A stretch of DNA of 63,089 nt, the filler included. It is 5 parts of 5 records of this genome, joined end to end, with 100 filler letters (N's around TTAATTAATTAA, not from the genome) between each part and the next. Parts side by side here need not be neighbours in the genome. Positions count along the whole stretch, not along the records: positions 1 to 23,685 come from SRR31156797_11001; 4 more parts are not named here. One strand, 5' to 3'. The notes beneath the pieces are model-generated. The model saw nothing but the letters and a program-made list of their open reading frames with translations, was not told the DNA's origin and made no database searches. Each line of letters opens with the position of its first letter. The first letter of the stretch is position 1. Below are positions 9,622 through 19,139 of this stretch, piece by piece. Both the position numbers and the translations under genes were made by a program.

Positions 9622-10864
9622 TTTTTTTGCTATACAGGAAAGCTGGGAAGTAATTAAACAGCATAAAAATCGAAATTTACTTACCGGATTTGGTGTTGCA
9701 TGGGGTATATTTATACTACTACTACTCGTTGGCACTGGTAGCGGACTTCAAAAAGGAATAATGGTAATTTTCCAGGATTACTCACAAAATAGTATTTGGG
9801 TTTATGGAGGTAGGACAAGTTTGGCAAAGCCTGGTCAACATGCCGGTCGCCAAATCCGGTTTACCGATAAAGATCTAAATCTATTCAAGAAGCGTTTTGA
9901 TGAAATCCGTTACATATCTCCAGAAATTCAATATTCTGGCGAACAAGTAAATAGCAAGCTGCAATCCTATCACCGCTTTAAATGCTACGGTGTTAAAAAT
10001 GAATATTTTCAGATTAAAACTTTTAAAATTGAAAAAGGCAGATTGATAAATCCTATTGATAATCAAAAACACAATAAAGTTGCCGTTATCGGTAAAAAAA
10101 TTGTGGAAGGTTTATTTGAAGATACCAATCCAATTGGGCAATACATTTGTTTAGATGGAGTATGGCTGCAAGTCATAGGAGTATTGTCACAAAATTCACT
10201 TTTTTCAAGTAATCCAAGTCACATTTATATCCCAATTGAAACTTTAAAGGATCAGTTTGGTTTAGAAAACAATCTAAATTGCTTTTCAATTGCCTTGAAT
10301 AGTGATTCTTCTCCTGAAACTTTTGAAAAGAAACTTAAGAATTTTTTGGCGCGTAAATACAATTTTAATTCGGAAGATAAAAATGCTCTATATGTTGAAA
10401 ATATGCAGGTAAGATCGAAAACATTTAATAACCTTTTTAGATGGATCAATTTTTTTCTGTGGATTGTTGGGATTAGCATTTTGTCAAGTGGAATTGTAGG
10501 CGTAAGTAATATCATGTTGGTCATCGTTAAAGAAAGAACCGTTGAAATAGGCATTAGAAAATCAATAGGTGCGAGCCCTTGGAGTATTCGATTAATGATT
10601 TTAAACGAATCAATATTAATCACCTTCTTAGCAGGTTTGGTTGGCATTATCTGCTCAACCGGCACAATTTGGATTATTAATGCATTAATCAATGCCTTTT
10701 CTAACAATGACAATGCTCTCTTTAAAGGCTTAGAAATCAATTTTACCATAGCACTAACAGCCTTACTATTATTAACCATATCAGGAACACTTGCAGGTCT
10801 TTATCCTGCCAGAAAGGCTTCTTCTATGCTGCCTGTAAAAGCTCTTAACTCCATAAATAATTAA
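9614..10864 (+). CDS. MacB/FtsX-family ABC permease
   Basis: LTGFGVAWGI, large periplasmic loop, GVSNIM..VKERTVEIGIRKSIGA, GLYPARKAS. Confidence 0.92.
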   Translation: MLSFFAIQESWEVIKQHKNRNLLTGFGVAWGIFILLLLVGTGSGLQKGIMVIFQDYSQNSIWVYGGRTSLAKPGQHAGRQIRFTDKDLNLFKKRFDEIRYISPEIQYSGEQVNSKLQSYHRFKCYGVKNEYFQIKTFKIEKGRLINPIDNQKHNKVAVIGKKIVEGLFEDTNPIGQYICLDGVWLQVIGVLSQNSLFSSNPSHIYIPIETLKDQFGLENNLNCFSIALNSDSSPETFEKKLKNFLARKYNFNSEDKNALYVENMQVRSKTFNNLFRWINFFLWIVGISILSSGIVGVSNIMLVIVKERTVEIGIRKSIGASPWSIRLMILNESILITFLAGLVGIICSTGTIWIINALINAFSNNDNALFKGLEINFTIALTALLLLTISGTLAGLYPARKASSMLPVKALNSINN

Positions 10865-10873
10865 ACAAAGCTC

Positions 10874-11941
10874 ATGGGAAAGAAATTAAATATTATCGCT
10901 CTTGTTGTCTTAGCTATTTTTTCAGTTGGGTTCTTTCTTGCTAACACTCAAAAAAAAGAATTCTTCTCCAATGAATCCCCCTGCATTATGAATATCGTTC
11001 ATAAAAATTATATCTCTGGGATTTTAATCCCTGAAAAAGAGGTTGAACTAAAATCCCAAATCTCAGGTATTCTAAAAAAGATGTATGTAAAAGCTGGCGA
11101 CACCATTAAACGAGGTGATCTTGTTGCTGAAATCAATGTTCTTCCTAATCCACAAAATATTGAAACGGCATCAAAAAACGTTACAACTTGTCAGATCAAT
11201 TACAACAAATGCAAAAAAGAATATGAACAGTACAATAAGCTCTATCTCAAAAATGTAGTTGCCGAACAAGAGTTTGACCAATACAAAGAGGCATTTCTAA
11301 TTAGCAAAGAAGAATTAGAGTCCGCAAAAAAGCAATTGGAAATTATTAAAAAGGGCTATTCAAAAGATCAGGAAAACATTCCAAATTTTATCCGCTCTAC
11401 CGTATCTGGTACAGTACTTGAAATACCACTAAAAGAAGGAGCAAGTATTACAGAACGAAACAACTACAACGAAGGCAGTAGTCTGGCGAGCATTGCTAAC
11501 CTACAAACATTAATTTTTAAAGCCAAAGTGAACGAATCTGATGTTACTTACCTTAAAAAAGGGATGATTTTTAAGATTGAAATCAGTGCCTTAAAGGGTC
11601 AAATGATTACAGCAGAATTAACACACATAACCCCAAAAGCAACAGAGGAAAATGGCATCATGAAATTTGATATTGAAGCTAAAGTAAAAAATGATAAAAA
11701 CATTCAACTCTATCCTGGCTTCTCGGCTGTTGCTGAAATGATTTTGGATCGCAGAGATAGCGTACTAACGATTCAAGAAAGAAACCTGATTTTTAAAAAT
11801 GACAGCGTACTAGTTGAGTTAGTGGATGAAGATTTTCACATTACTAAAAAAGTAATTAAAACAGGTCTCTCTGATGGTTTAAGAATAGAAATATTGGAAG
11901 GACTGGCTATAAACGACAAAGTGAAAGTACAGAATAACTAA
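10874..11941 (+). CDS. Efflux periplasmic adaptor subunit (MacA/HlyD family)
   Basis: N-terminal anchor; lipoyl half-motifs KSQISG..VKAGD and IRSTVSG; alpha-hairpin; KTGLSDG. Confidence 0.9.
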   Translation: MGKKLNIIALVVLAIFSVGFFLANTQKKEFFSNESPCIMNIVHKNYISGILIPEKEVELKSQISGILKKMYVKAGDTIKRGDLVAEINVLPNPQNIETASKNVTTCQINYNKCKKEYEQYNKLYLKNVVAEQEFDQYKEAFLISKEELESAKKQLEIIKKGYSKDQENIPNFIRSTVSGTVLEIPLKEGASITERNNYNEGSSLASIANLQTLIFKAKVNESDVTYLKKGMIFKIEISALKGQMITAELTHITPKATEENGIMKFDIEAKVKNDKNIQLYPGFSAVAEMILDRRDSVLTIQERNLIFKNDSVLVELVDEDFHITKKVIKTGLSDGLRIEILEGLAINDKVKVQNN

Positions 11942-11959
11942 ACAACTACGATTGCTGAA

Positions 11960-12187
11960 ATGAATTACGAAGATTTCTTGAAACGCATTATCTATCTCAT
12001 TGACTTGATAGAAAAAGAACGCACCGGAACACCTCAAGAACTTGCAAACAAACTGCACATTTCGGTTAGTTCTGTTTATCGTACCATTAATCTATTAAAA
12101 CAGTGTAACATTCCGATTGCATATTCAAGAATTAGATGCACATACTATTTTCATGAGCATGAAGCACCGAGTATTATTAAGATTTAA
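11960..12187 (+). CDS. Small stand-alone HTH protein (HTH_11-like)
   Basis: TGTPQELANKLHISVSSVYRTINLLK...IAYSR...YY; paralog of 3127-3330. Confidence 0.8.
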   Translation: MNYEDFLKRIIYLIDLIEKERTGTPQELANKLHISVSSVYRTINLLKQCNIPIAYSRIRCTYYFHEHEAPSIIKI

Positions 12188-12199
12188 TTTAAACTATTT

Positions 12200-12234
12200 C
12201 ACTATCATCTGTTGCGAGTTGGCTTTGTTACTTT
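12200..12234 (+). promoter_or_regulatory. Degenerate second copy of the HTH-associated element
   Basis: CACTATCA-TCTGT-TGCGAGT-N9-TACTTT aligns ungapped to 3338-3372 (20/35 identical by hand count). Confidence 0.4.
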
Positions 12235-12277
12235 CCCTCCTGATAATCAATAATTCTTGAATCAAAATCAATCCAAT

Positions 12278-12760
12278 ATGAAAAACAATGATTTAATACA
12301 AGTAGTTTTTACTGAAGAAGAATTGACCGCAAACAATACAAATTTGGATGCCTTATTAACCTTTGCAGAAAAAAATGCTCCCGAATTGACCACTGAGGAT
12401 CGAGTAAGTTATGGTTCCATCAACGAAACCAATAAACTATTGGTGAATAAATCAAAATCGTATATGGAACAAAATCCCGATCTGATACCTTCATTTGTAA
12501 ACATGGAAGAGTTTGAACGAGATTTTAAAGCCAGAAATGATATAGAAGAAATTATTCAAAAAATAGATATCATTAAGCGCAAACTTAGCGATACCAAAAT
12601 CCTTCTGGATCATGATAACTATCAGGATACATTAGCTTTTTATCGCGCAGTTAGGTACTACGCAGCCGAACAGCAACAAGGAGCCATACCAATTTACGAA
12701 GACTTGAAACAGTTCTTCCCGCATGGTAAGAAAAAAGAGGAAGAAACAGTTCAGGAATAA
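12278..12760 (+). CDS. Conserved hypothetical Bacteroidota protein
   Basis: ATG at 12278; LTTEDR..YGSI..NKL.V.K...YM...P; LSDTKILLDHDNY..ALAFY-type motifs. Confidence 0.7.
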   Translation: MKNNDLIQVVFTEEELTANNTNLDALLTFAEKNAPELTTEDRVSYGSINETNKLLVNKSKSYMEQNPDLIPSFVNMEEFERDFKARNDIEEIIQKIDIIKRKLSDTKILLDHDNYQDTLAFYRAVRYYAAEQQQGAIPIYEDLKQFFPHGKKKEEETVQE

Positions 12761-12780
12761 AATAATAGATAGATCAACAG

Positions 12781-12818
12781 AAGCGAAACCCAATTGATTT
12801 GAGTTTCGCTTTGTTTTT
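12781..12818 (+). terminator. Intrinsic terminator
   Basis: AAGCGAAAC...GTTTCGCTT stem followed by a T-rich tract. Confidence 0.7.
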
Positions 12819-13343
12819 CTACCCTCCTTCGATAATTAAAATGCATAGAGAAGGTTCAAAACTGAGTCCACTCTTGAAAAACTAGCATGTAGCTATAAAA
12901 AGAACACATCTTTTAAGTGGAAAGGCAATTAAAAGTAGTGTGAAATAGGGTTGATACACCTTTTTAAAGACTAGAAGCATGAATTTACAGAGTGGATACA
13001 CCTTATACCTGCTTATAAGCTATATTTTGATACTTCAACCTAAGACAAGCTTAAAAGTTTTAGCATTAGAATTACTTGGAAGCACCACCAAAACCAAAAA
13101 TTTTAGTAAAAAAGTTAAAAAATTATTGTTAATCTTAAACTTACAGCCTTAATAGGTTTTTGAAAGCAGTCAGGACTGATCTAATATTTTTTCTACCTTT
13201 GCAAGCAAATTCTAAAAATTAGATATCAGCTTATTATACCGATTATTAAATGAATATAGTGCCAAGTTCATTTCACTCCTTCGCACTCTTCATTTATATA
13301 TCGGCATAATATCAAAAGCTAGCTTCATTATATAAACGATATT

Positions 13344-14387
13344 ATGCAAGAAAATAAGGCACAAGGGACCGACATTTCTTCTATGGGAGAATTCGGTTTA
13401 ATCAAACACCTGACTAAAAACATCAAGTTAAAGCACGCAAGTTCAAATGTTGGCGTTGGCGACGATGCTGCCGTGCTTGATTACAGCAACAAAAAAACGG
13501 TTGTAACTACCGACTTGTTGGTAGAGGGAATCCATTTTGATTTAATGTATACTCCTTTAAAGCACTTGGGATACAAAGCTATTGCTGTAAACGTATCGGA
13601 TGTTTATGCCATGAATGCTTGTCCTAAACAAGTGACTGTATCTATTGCCATTTCGAAGCGATTTACTGTTGAAGCTTTAGATGAAATTTATGATGGTATT
13701 CGATTGGCTTGTGAAAATTACGATGTTGATTTGGTAGGTGGAGACACTACTTCTTCGCTAACCGGAATGTGTATTTCGGTAACTGCTATTGGTGAAGCTA
13801 CAGAAGAAGAATTGGCTTACAGAAGTGGTGCTAAAGTAAACGATTTGGTTTGTGTTAGTGGTAATTTAGGTGCGGCTTATGCCGGATTACAATTGCTAGA
13901 GCGCGAAAAACGCGTTTTCGATAACAATCCAAACATGCAACCAGATTTATCGGGTCACGATTACATTTTGGAGCGACAATTAAAACCTGAAGCCAGAAAA
14001 GATATCTACGAAAGACTAAAAGAGGCAAAAATTGTCCCTACATCAATGATTGATATCTCAGATGGATTGTCATCGGAATTGATGCACATTTGTGAAGAAT
14101 CGAAAGTTGGATGCCAGGTTTACGAAGAGAAAATTCCGGTAGACTATGCAACTCATAAAATGGCTGAAGAGCTAAATATGAACTACAGTACCTTTTCGCT
14201 TAATGGTGGAGAAGATTATGAGCTGTTATTCACCGTTCCTTTGGATAAATTCGACGATATTGAAAAAATTGAAGATGTGAAAGTAATTGGTCACATTACC
14301 GAAGCATCGAAAGGTCATTATTTGGTAACCCGTGATAATGTAGAGATAGAATTACAGGCACAGGGATGGAATCCTATTAAAGAATAA
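13344..14387 (+). CDS. thiL: Thiamine-phosphate kinase
   Basis: GEFGLI, GVGDDAA, TTDLLVEGIHF, NVSDVYAM, GGDTT, IDISDGL, GGEDYEL. Confidence 0.97.
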   Translation: MQENKAQGTDISSMGEFGLIKHLTKNIKLKHASSNVGVGDDAAVLDYSNKKTVVTTDLLVEGIHFDLMYTPLKHLGYKAIAVNVSDVYAMNACPKQVTVSIAISKRFTVEALDEIYDGIRLACENYDVDLVGGDTTSSLTGMCISVTAIGEATEEELAYRSGAKVNDLVCVSGNLGAAYAGLQLLEREKRVFDNNPNMQPDLSGHDYILERQLKPEARKDIYERLKEAKIVPTSMIDISDGLSSELMHICEESKVGCQVYEEKIPVDYATHKMAEELNMNYSTFSLNGGEDYELLFTVPLDKFDDIEKIEDVKVIGHITEASKGHYLVTRDNVEIELQAQGWNPIKE

Positions 14388-14408
14388 TAAAGATCACTAA
14401 TACAATTG

Positions 14409-14442
14409 AACCTCCTTTAAGATATACTTTAAGGAGGTTTTT
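14409..14442. terminator. Terminator between convergent genes
   Basis: AACCTCCTT...AAGGAGGTT stem plus T-tract. Confidence 0.7.
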
Positions 14443-14452
14443 AGTTTTCAAT

Positions 14453-15457
14453 CTAATATTTTCTCAAGTCCATATATGTTAATATAAAATTTTCAGAAGG
14501 TTGAGTAATTAGTTCTGTCAACTTTTCTCTACCTAATTCTTCATCTATCTTTTGAGCCATTAATGCACCAACCCTGTACCACAATCTTCTTTTATTAGAT
14601 AAAATACTTAGTTTCTTCCAATCTTTATCTGTAAGTATGGTGTTAGGATTATTTTTAAAATGATTGTAAATTTCAAAATATTCCTGTTCATAAATTTTCA
14701 TTAATTCATCATCTTGGATGCAAACATAATCTTTATCCGAATTCATAGCACTTTCCTCCTTTCTTATTGCAAGTGGTGCATATGTTCCCATACCTTCCAG
14801 CTGTGTAAGAATATCAATTAATTTCAACATATCTCTGTAATTGGTAATTGCAAGGGATGGCATTCCTGAGCTTTTTACTTCGAGTAAACCAGCATGATGT
14901 AATTCATGTAAAGAATAATATCGAATCTCACTCATATTCTCCAAATAATTAGGATGTGCCAAATTCACACTGGCATTTTTATCAAATGCAACTCCAAGAT
15001 CATAACCAAAGGTGAAAAATAAGCTTCCACTATATTCAAATCCTTCAGGAAGGTATTTTAAGCAATATTGCTGAGGAAAATCTGTATCTGCTATTTCCCT
15101 TTTAGCATATTCCAAATTTCTTTTAAACTTTGCCAACACTTTCTTTTTTTCCTCAATTGGAGTTAAAAGATATTTCACTAGATCTAAACTTGATTTCTTA
15201 GGAACATTGTAATGGTATTGATTGGCATGTTTAAGTATGTGACTAACTGCATTTAAACCAGCCATTTTCACTAAATAAAGAGAATCTTCTGTTTCAAGGT
15301 ATTTTACCGCTAATTCGGCAAAAGAGAAGTCATAACTTAATTTACCTTTTTTAATAATGTATGGTGATGTGCTAACCTGACTAAAAGTAGTGGCTCCAAA
15401 TAAAAACAAAATCAACAAACAGATATACATTTTCATTATATGAAACTTTATAAACAA
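14453..15457 (-). CDS. Secreted putative Zn-dependent protease (DUF5700-like)
   Basis: Signal-peptide-like N-terminus; HELHH (HExxH) with downstream QLEGMG Glu ligand; WYRVG..MA motif. Confidence 0.6.
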   Translation of the reverse strand: MFIKFHIMKMYICLLILFLFGATTFSQVSTSPYIIKKGKLSYDFSFAELAVKYLETEDSLYLVKMAGLNAVSHILKHANQYHYNVPKKSSLDLVKYLLTPIEEKKKVLAKFKRNLEYAKREIADTDFPQQYCLKYLPEGFEYSGSLFFTFGYDLGVAFDKNASVNLAHPNYLENMSEIRYYSLHELHHAGLLEVKSSGMPSLAITNYRDMLKLIDILTQLEGMGTYAPLAIRKEESAMNSDKDYVCIQDDELMKIYEQEYFEIYNHFKNNPNTILTDKDWKKLSILSNKRRLWYRVGALMAQKIDEELGREKLTELITQPSENFILTYMDLRKY

Positions 15458-15525
15458 TATGAATAATGTGTATAAGACGCCAACAAGATTTATTTAGTTA
15501 CGGAATATCATACAATAATTCTAAT

Positions 15526-15564
15526 AAAAAAAAGTGAGATCCTCATTTGAAGATCTCACTTTTT
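15526..15564 (-). terminator. Terminator of the lpx operon
   Basis: AAAAGTGAGATC...GATCTCACTTTT stem with an A-tract (U-tract on the minus strand). Confidence 0.75.
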
Positions 15565-15586
15565 ATATATCCTAACTGTAATGTGT

Positions 15587-16369
15587 TTACTCTGGGAAGT
15601 ATCCTCTCATGATACCACGCTTAGAGTTCTTCACAAACAGAATAATTTCATCACGCTCAGGTGAAGCCGGCATTTCTGCCTCAATAGCCTCAAGTGCTGT
15701 AAAGTTATTCATACCTTTTTGGTACAAGTAACGATATACATCCTGAATTTCACGAATTTTTTCGTTTCCGAATTCACGACGACGCAAACCAATTGAGTTT
15801 ACACCAATATATGAAACCGGCTCGCGACCTGCTTTCACGTATGGTGGAATATCTTTACGAACTAAAGAACCTCCTGAAACCATTACATGAGAACCAATAT
15901 GAACAAATTGGTGAATTGCAACTAATCCGCTTAAGATAGCAAAGTCGTCGATTACAACTTCACCTGCAATTTGAGTAGCATTACCAATAATACAATTGTT
16001 TCCAACAACACTATCATGTGCAACATGAACGTATGCCATCAATAAACAATTGTCACCAACAATAGTTTTACCTTTTGCTGCAGTACCACGATTGATAGTA
16101 ACGCATTCGCGAATAGTAGTATTGTTTCCAATTTCAACAGTAGTTTTTTCACCACGGAATTTCAAATCCTGTGGAGTTGCACCAATTACTGCTCCTGGAA
16201 AAACATTACAGTTTTTACCAATACGAGTTCCCTCCATAATGGTAGCATTGGAACCAATACGAGTACCTTCTTCAATTACAACATCTTTGTCAATAGTAAC
16301 AAACGGCTCTATCACAACATTATCTGCGATTTTTGCCTCTGGATGTACATATGCTAACGGTTGCTTCAT
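15587..16369 (-). CDS. lpxA: UDP-N-acetylglucosamine O-acyltransferase
   Basis: Hexapeptide repeats; PQDLKF, IRECVTINRGT, HVAHD, HQF. Confidence 0.97.
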   Translation of the reverse strand: MKQPLAYVHPEAKIADNVVIEPFVTIDKDVVIEEGTRIGSNATIMEGTRIGKNCNVFPGAVIGATPQDLKFRGEKTTVEIGNNTTIRECVTINRGTAAKGKTIVGDNCLLMAYVHVAHDSVVGNNCIIGNATQIAGEVVIDDFAILSGLVAIHQFVHIGSHVMVSGGSLVRKDIPPYVKAGREPVSYIGVNSIGLRRREFGNEKIREIQDVYRYLYQKGMNNFTALEAIEAEMPASPERDEIILFVKNSKRGIMRGYFPE

Positions 16370-16434
16370 TTTAATCTATTTTCTTTACTAGATAATCCTC
16401 AATGAAGATTATGCAAGGTAGTAGTTAAAAATTC

Positions 16435-17826
16435 TTATTTTTTCTTTGCGATCTGAGCCATAAACTCACCTTCGGCAACAATAGTATCACCAACAAAAGC
16501 TAAACCGCGCATGTTAGCAACTCCCCTACGAATTGGAGATAAGAACTTTAATTTAAAAATTAAAGTATCACCAGGAACTACTTTCTTTCTAAACTTAATG
16601 TTATTCTGAGTCAAGAAATAAGTACCATAATTTTCAGGATCTTCAACCTGGCTAAGAACTAAAATTCCACCACATTGAGCCATAGCTTCAACCATTAACA
16701 CACCCGGCATTACTGGTTCTCCTGGGAAATGACCAACGAAGAAAGGTTCGTTCATTGATACATTTTTTACACCCACGATGCTATCATCCTGAATATCTAT
16801 AATTTTGTCAACCAATAAAAAAGGAGGACGGTGAGGCAATAATCCCATTACCCCGTTAATGTCTAACACTGGCTCTTTATTTGGGTCATAAGCCGGAACT
16901 GAATCTTTTCCCATTTCTTTTTTAATTCGTTTGATTAATAATTTTGCCATTTCGGTATTTGGACCGTGACCAGGACAAGATGCAATTACCTTTCCTTTAA
17001 TGAACTTACCACAAAGAGCAAGATCTCCAATCACGTCTAATAGTTTATGACGAGCACATTCATTATCGAAATAAAGTTCCAGATTACTTAAAATCCCTTC
17101 TTTCACTTCTACTCTGGTGTGATCAAATAAATCTGCAATTCGGTCAAGCTCTTTTTGCTCCATTGGTTGATCCATGATTACAATGGCATTATCCAAATCT
17201 CCACCTTTTACCAAATTGTTATTCAATAAAAACTCCAATTCACGTACGAAAACAAAAGTACGACACATTGAAATTTCATCTTTATAGTCATTTAAGGATG
17301 TTAAGCGTGCAAACTGATTTCGTAACACCTTCGAGTCGAAAGAAATCATTGTATCAACACTATATTCATTATCTGGAAGAATGCTTATTTCCGAACCACG
17401 AGCTTCATCCTTATATGTAATTTTTTCTTTTACTACGTAATATTCACGGACAGCTTCTTGCTCTACAATTCCTACCTCTTCAATTCCTTCAACGTAAAAT
17501 TTAGCACTTCCATCTAAAATTGGAGGTTCTGGAGAGTTCATCTCAATCATACAGTTATCAACACCTAAACCGTATAAAGCCGATAAGGCATGTTCTACTG
17601 TTTGAACTTTGAAATCGCCTTTTTGCAAAACAGTTCCTCTCGAAGTATCTCCTACGTACTCGGCGCTTGCTGCTAAAGTTGGTTGACCTTCTAGATCAAC
17701 ACGTTTAAACTGATATCCGTGATTTTCAGGAGCTGGCACAAACTTGATAGAAACTTCTAAACCTGTATGAAGTCCTTTTCCTGTTAATGTAAATTCTTTC
17801 GCTAATGTTCTCTGCTTATCTGCCAT
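16435..17826 (-). CDS. lpxC: Bifunctional LpxC/FabZ
   Basis: GKGLHTG, TVEH, HKLLD (LpxC) fused to LPHRPPFLLVD, GHFP..PVMPGV (FabZ); this fusion is typical of Bacteroidota. Confidence 0.97.
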   Translation of the reverse strand: MADKQRTLAKEFTLTGKGLHTGLEVSIKFVPAPENHGYQFKRVDLEGQPTLAASAEYVGDTSRGTVLQKGDFKVQTVEHALSALYGLGVDNCMIEMNSPEPPILDGSAKFYVEGIEEVGIVEQEAVREYYVVKEKITYKDEARGSEISILPDNEYSVDTMISFDSKVLRNQFARLTSLNDYKDEISMCRTFVFVRELEFLLNNNLVKGGDLDNAIVIMDQPMEQKELDRIADLFDHTRVEVKEGILSNLELYFDNECARHKLLDVIGDLALCGKFIKGKVIASCPGHGPNTEMAKLLIKRIKKEMGKDSVPAYDPNKEPVLDINGVMGLLPHRPPFLLVDKIIDIQDDSIVGVKNVSMNEPFFVGHFPGEPVMPGVLMVEAMAQCGGILVLSQVEDPENYGTYFLTQNNIKFRKKVVPGDTLIFKLKFLSPIRRGVANMRGLAFVGDTIVAEGEFMAQIAKKK

Positions 17827-17874
17827 AAACTCGACAATAATGTTTGATATACTAGTTACCAGAGAGAAATCTCC

Positions 17875-18915
17875 CTATTTCTCTTCTTCTAATTGTTTTA
17901 CTTTTCTCTCTAAATCGATCAATTGTTCTCTCATCTTTGGAAGATTTCTGAACAATACATATGATTTCTGATATGGACCAAATTCAAATGCAGGTGACCC
18001 TTGTACTACGGCTCCTACTTTCTTAATATTTTTTCCAAGTCCTGATTGAGCTGCTATTTTCACTTCATCGGTAATACTAATATGCCCGGCAAAACCAACC
18101 TGTCCGCCAATCATACAATTTTTACCAATTTTAGTACTTCCTGCAATTCCTGTCTGAGATGCAATTACAGTATTTTCATCAATCTCAACATTGTGAGCAA
18201 CTTGAATCAAGTTATCCAACTTTACCCCTTTACGAATAATTGTTGCCCCCATAGTTGCACGATCAACACAAGTATTCGCACCAATCTCAACATGATCTTC
18301 AATAACAACACTTCCTACCTGAGGAACTTTTTTATAATCGTTTGCCGATGAAGGAGCAAATCCAAAACCATCACCACCAATCACTACTCCCGAATGAAAA
18401 ATACAATTTGAACCAATTTTACAGTTCTCATAAATTTTTACTCCTGAATTTAAAATGGTATTGTCACCAATAATTACATTATCACCAATATAAGAGTGAG
18501 GATATATTTTTACATTCTCACCAATTTTAACATTAGTACCAATGTATGCAAAAGCACCTACATAAACCTTATCGCCTACCGTTGCAGTTTTGCTTACATA
18601 CGATGGCTCTTCAATTCCAATTTTCTGAGGCTTACTTTGCTCATACATTTCAAGCAATTTTGCTAAAGACTGATAAGCATCATCAACCCTTACCAGAGTT
18701 GCTGAAATTTCTTTCTCTGCCTTAAAATCTTTATTCACCAATACAATTGATGAATCTGTTGTATAAATATAATGCTCGTATTTAGGGTTTGCTAAAAAGG
18801 AAAGGGTACCTGGTTTGCCTTCTTCAATTCTGGATACATTGTTAACAGCAACATTTCCGTCGCCATCTACTTCTCCATTAAGAAATTCCGCAATATCTTG
18901 GGCTGTAAAATTCAT
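17875..18915 (-). CDS. lpxD: UDP-3-O-acylglucosamine N-acyltransferase
   Basis: [32 protein letters not shown]. Confidence 0.97.
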   Translation of the reverse strand: MNFTAQDIAEFLNGEVDGDGNVAVNNVSRIEEGKPGTLSFLANPKYEHYIYTTDSSIVLVNKDFKAEKEISATLVRVDDAYQSLAKLLEMYEQSKPQKIGIEEPSYVSKTATVGDKVYVGAFAYIGTNVKIGENVKIYPHSYIGDNVIIGDNTILNSGVKIYENCKIGSNCIFHSGVVIGGDGFGFAPSSANDYKKVPQVGSVVIEDHVEIGANTCVDRATMGATIIRKGVKLDNLIQVAHNVEIDENTVIASQTGIAGSTKIGKNCMIGGQVGFAGHISITDEVKIAAQSGLGKNIKKVGAVVQGSPAFEFGPYQKSYVLFRNLPKMREQLIDLERKVKQLEEEK

Positions 18916-19139
18916 TTATTCTGCTTTTTTCAGATTTATATCAAGCAGATTTATATTTGAAATGCCTGCTTGTTTCCAGACACTAATCATCCAATATATC
19001 TGATTAATACGAAAAAAATTTCTGCAAATCTAACAATTATTTCATGCACATAAAATTTTTTTCCCATTTACCCCTTATTCAGAATGGCTTAGTTGCTGAT
19101 ATTCATCCATTTGAACAATTACATTAAACTAACTTAACT

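Noticed and set aside
12940-13010. GATACACCTT occurring twice about 43 nt apart
   Set aside because: Only two short copies; not a CRISPR array and no supporting context
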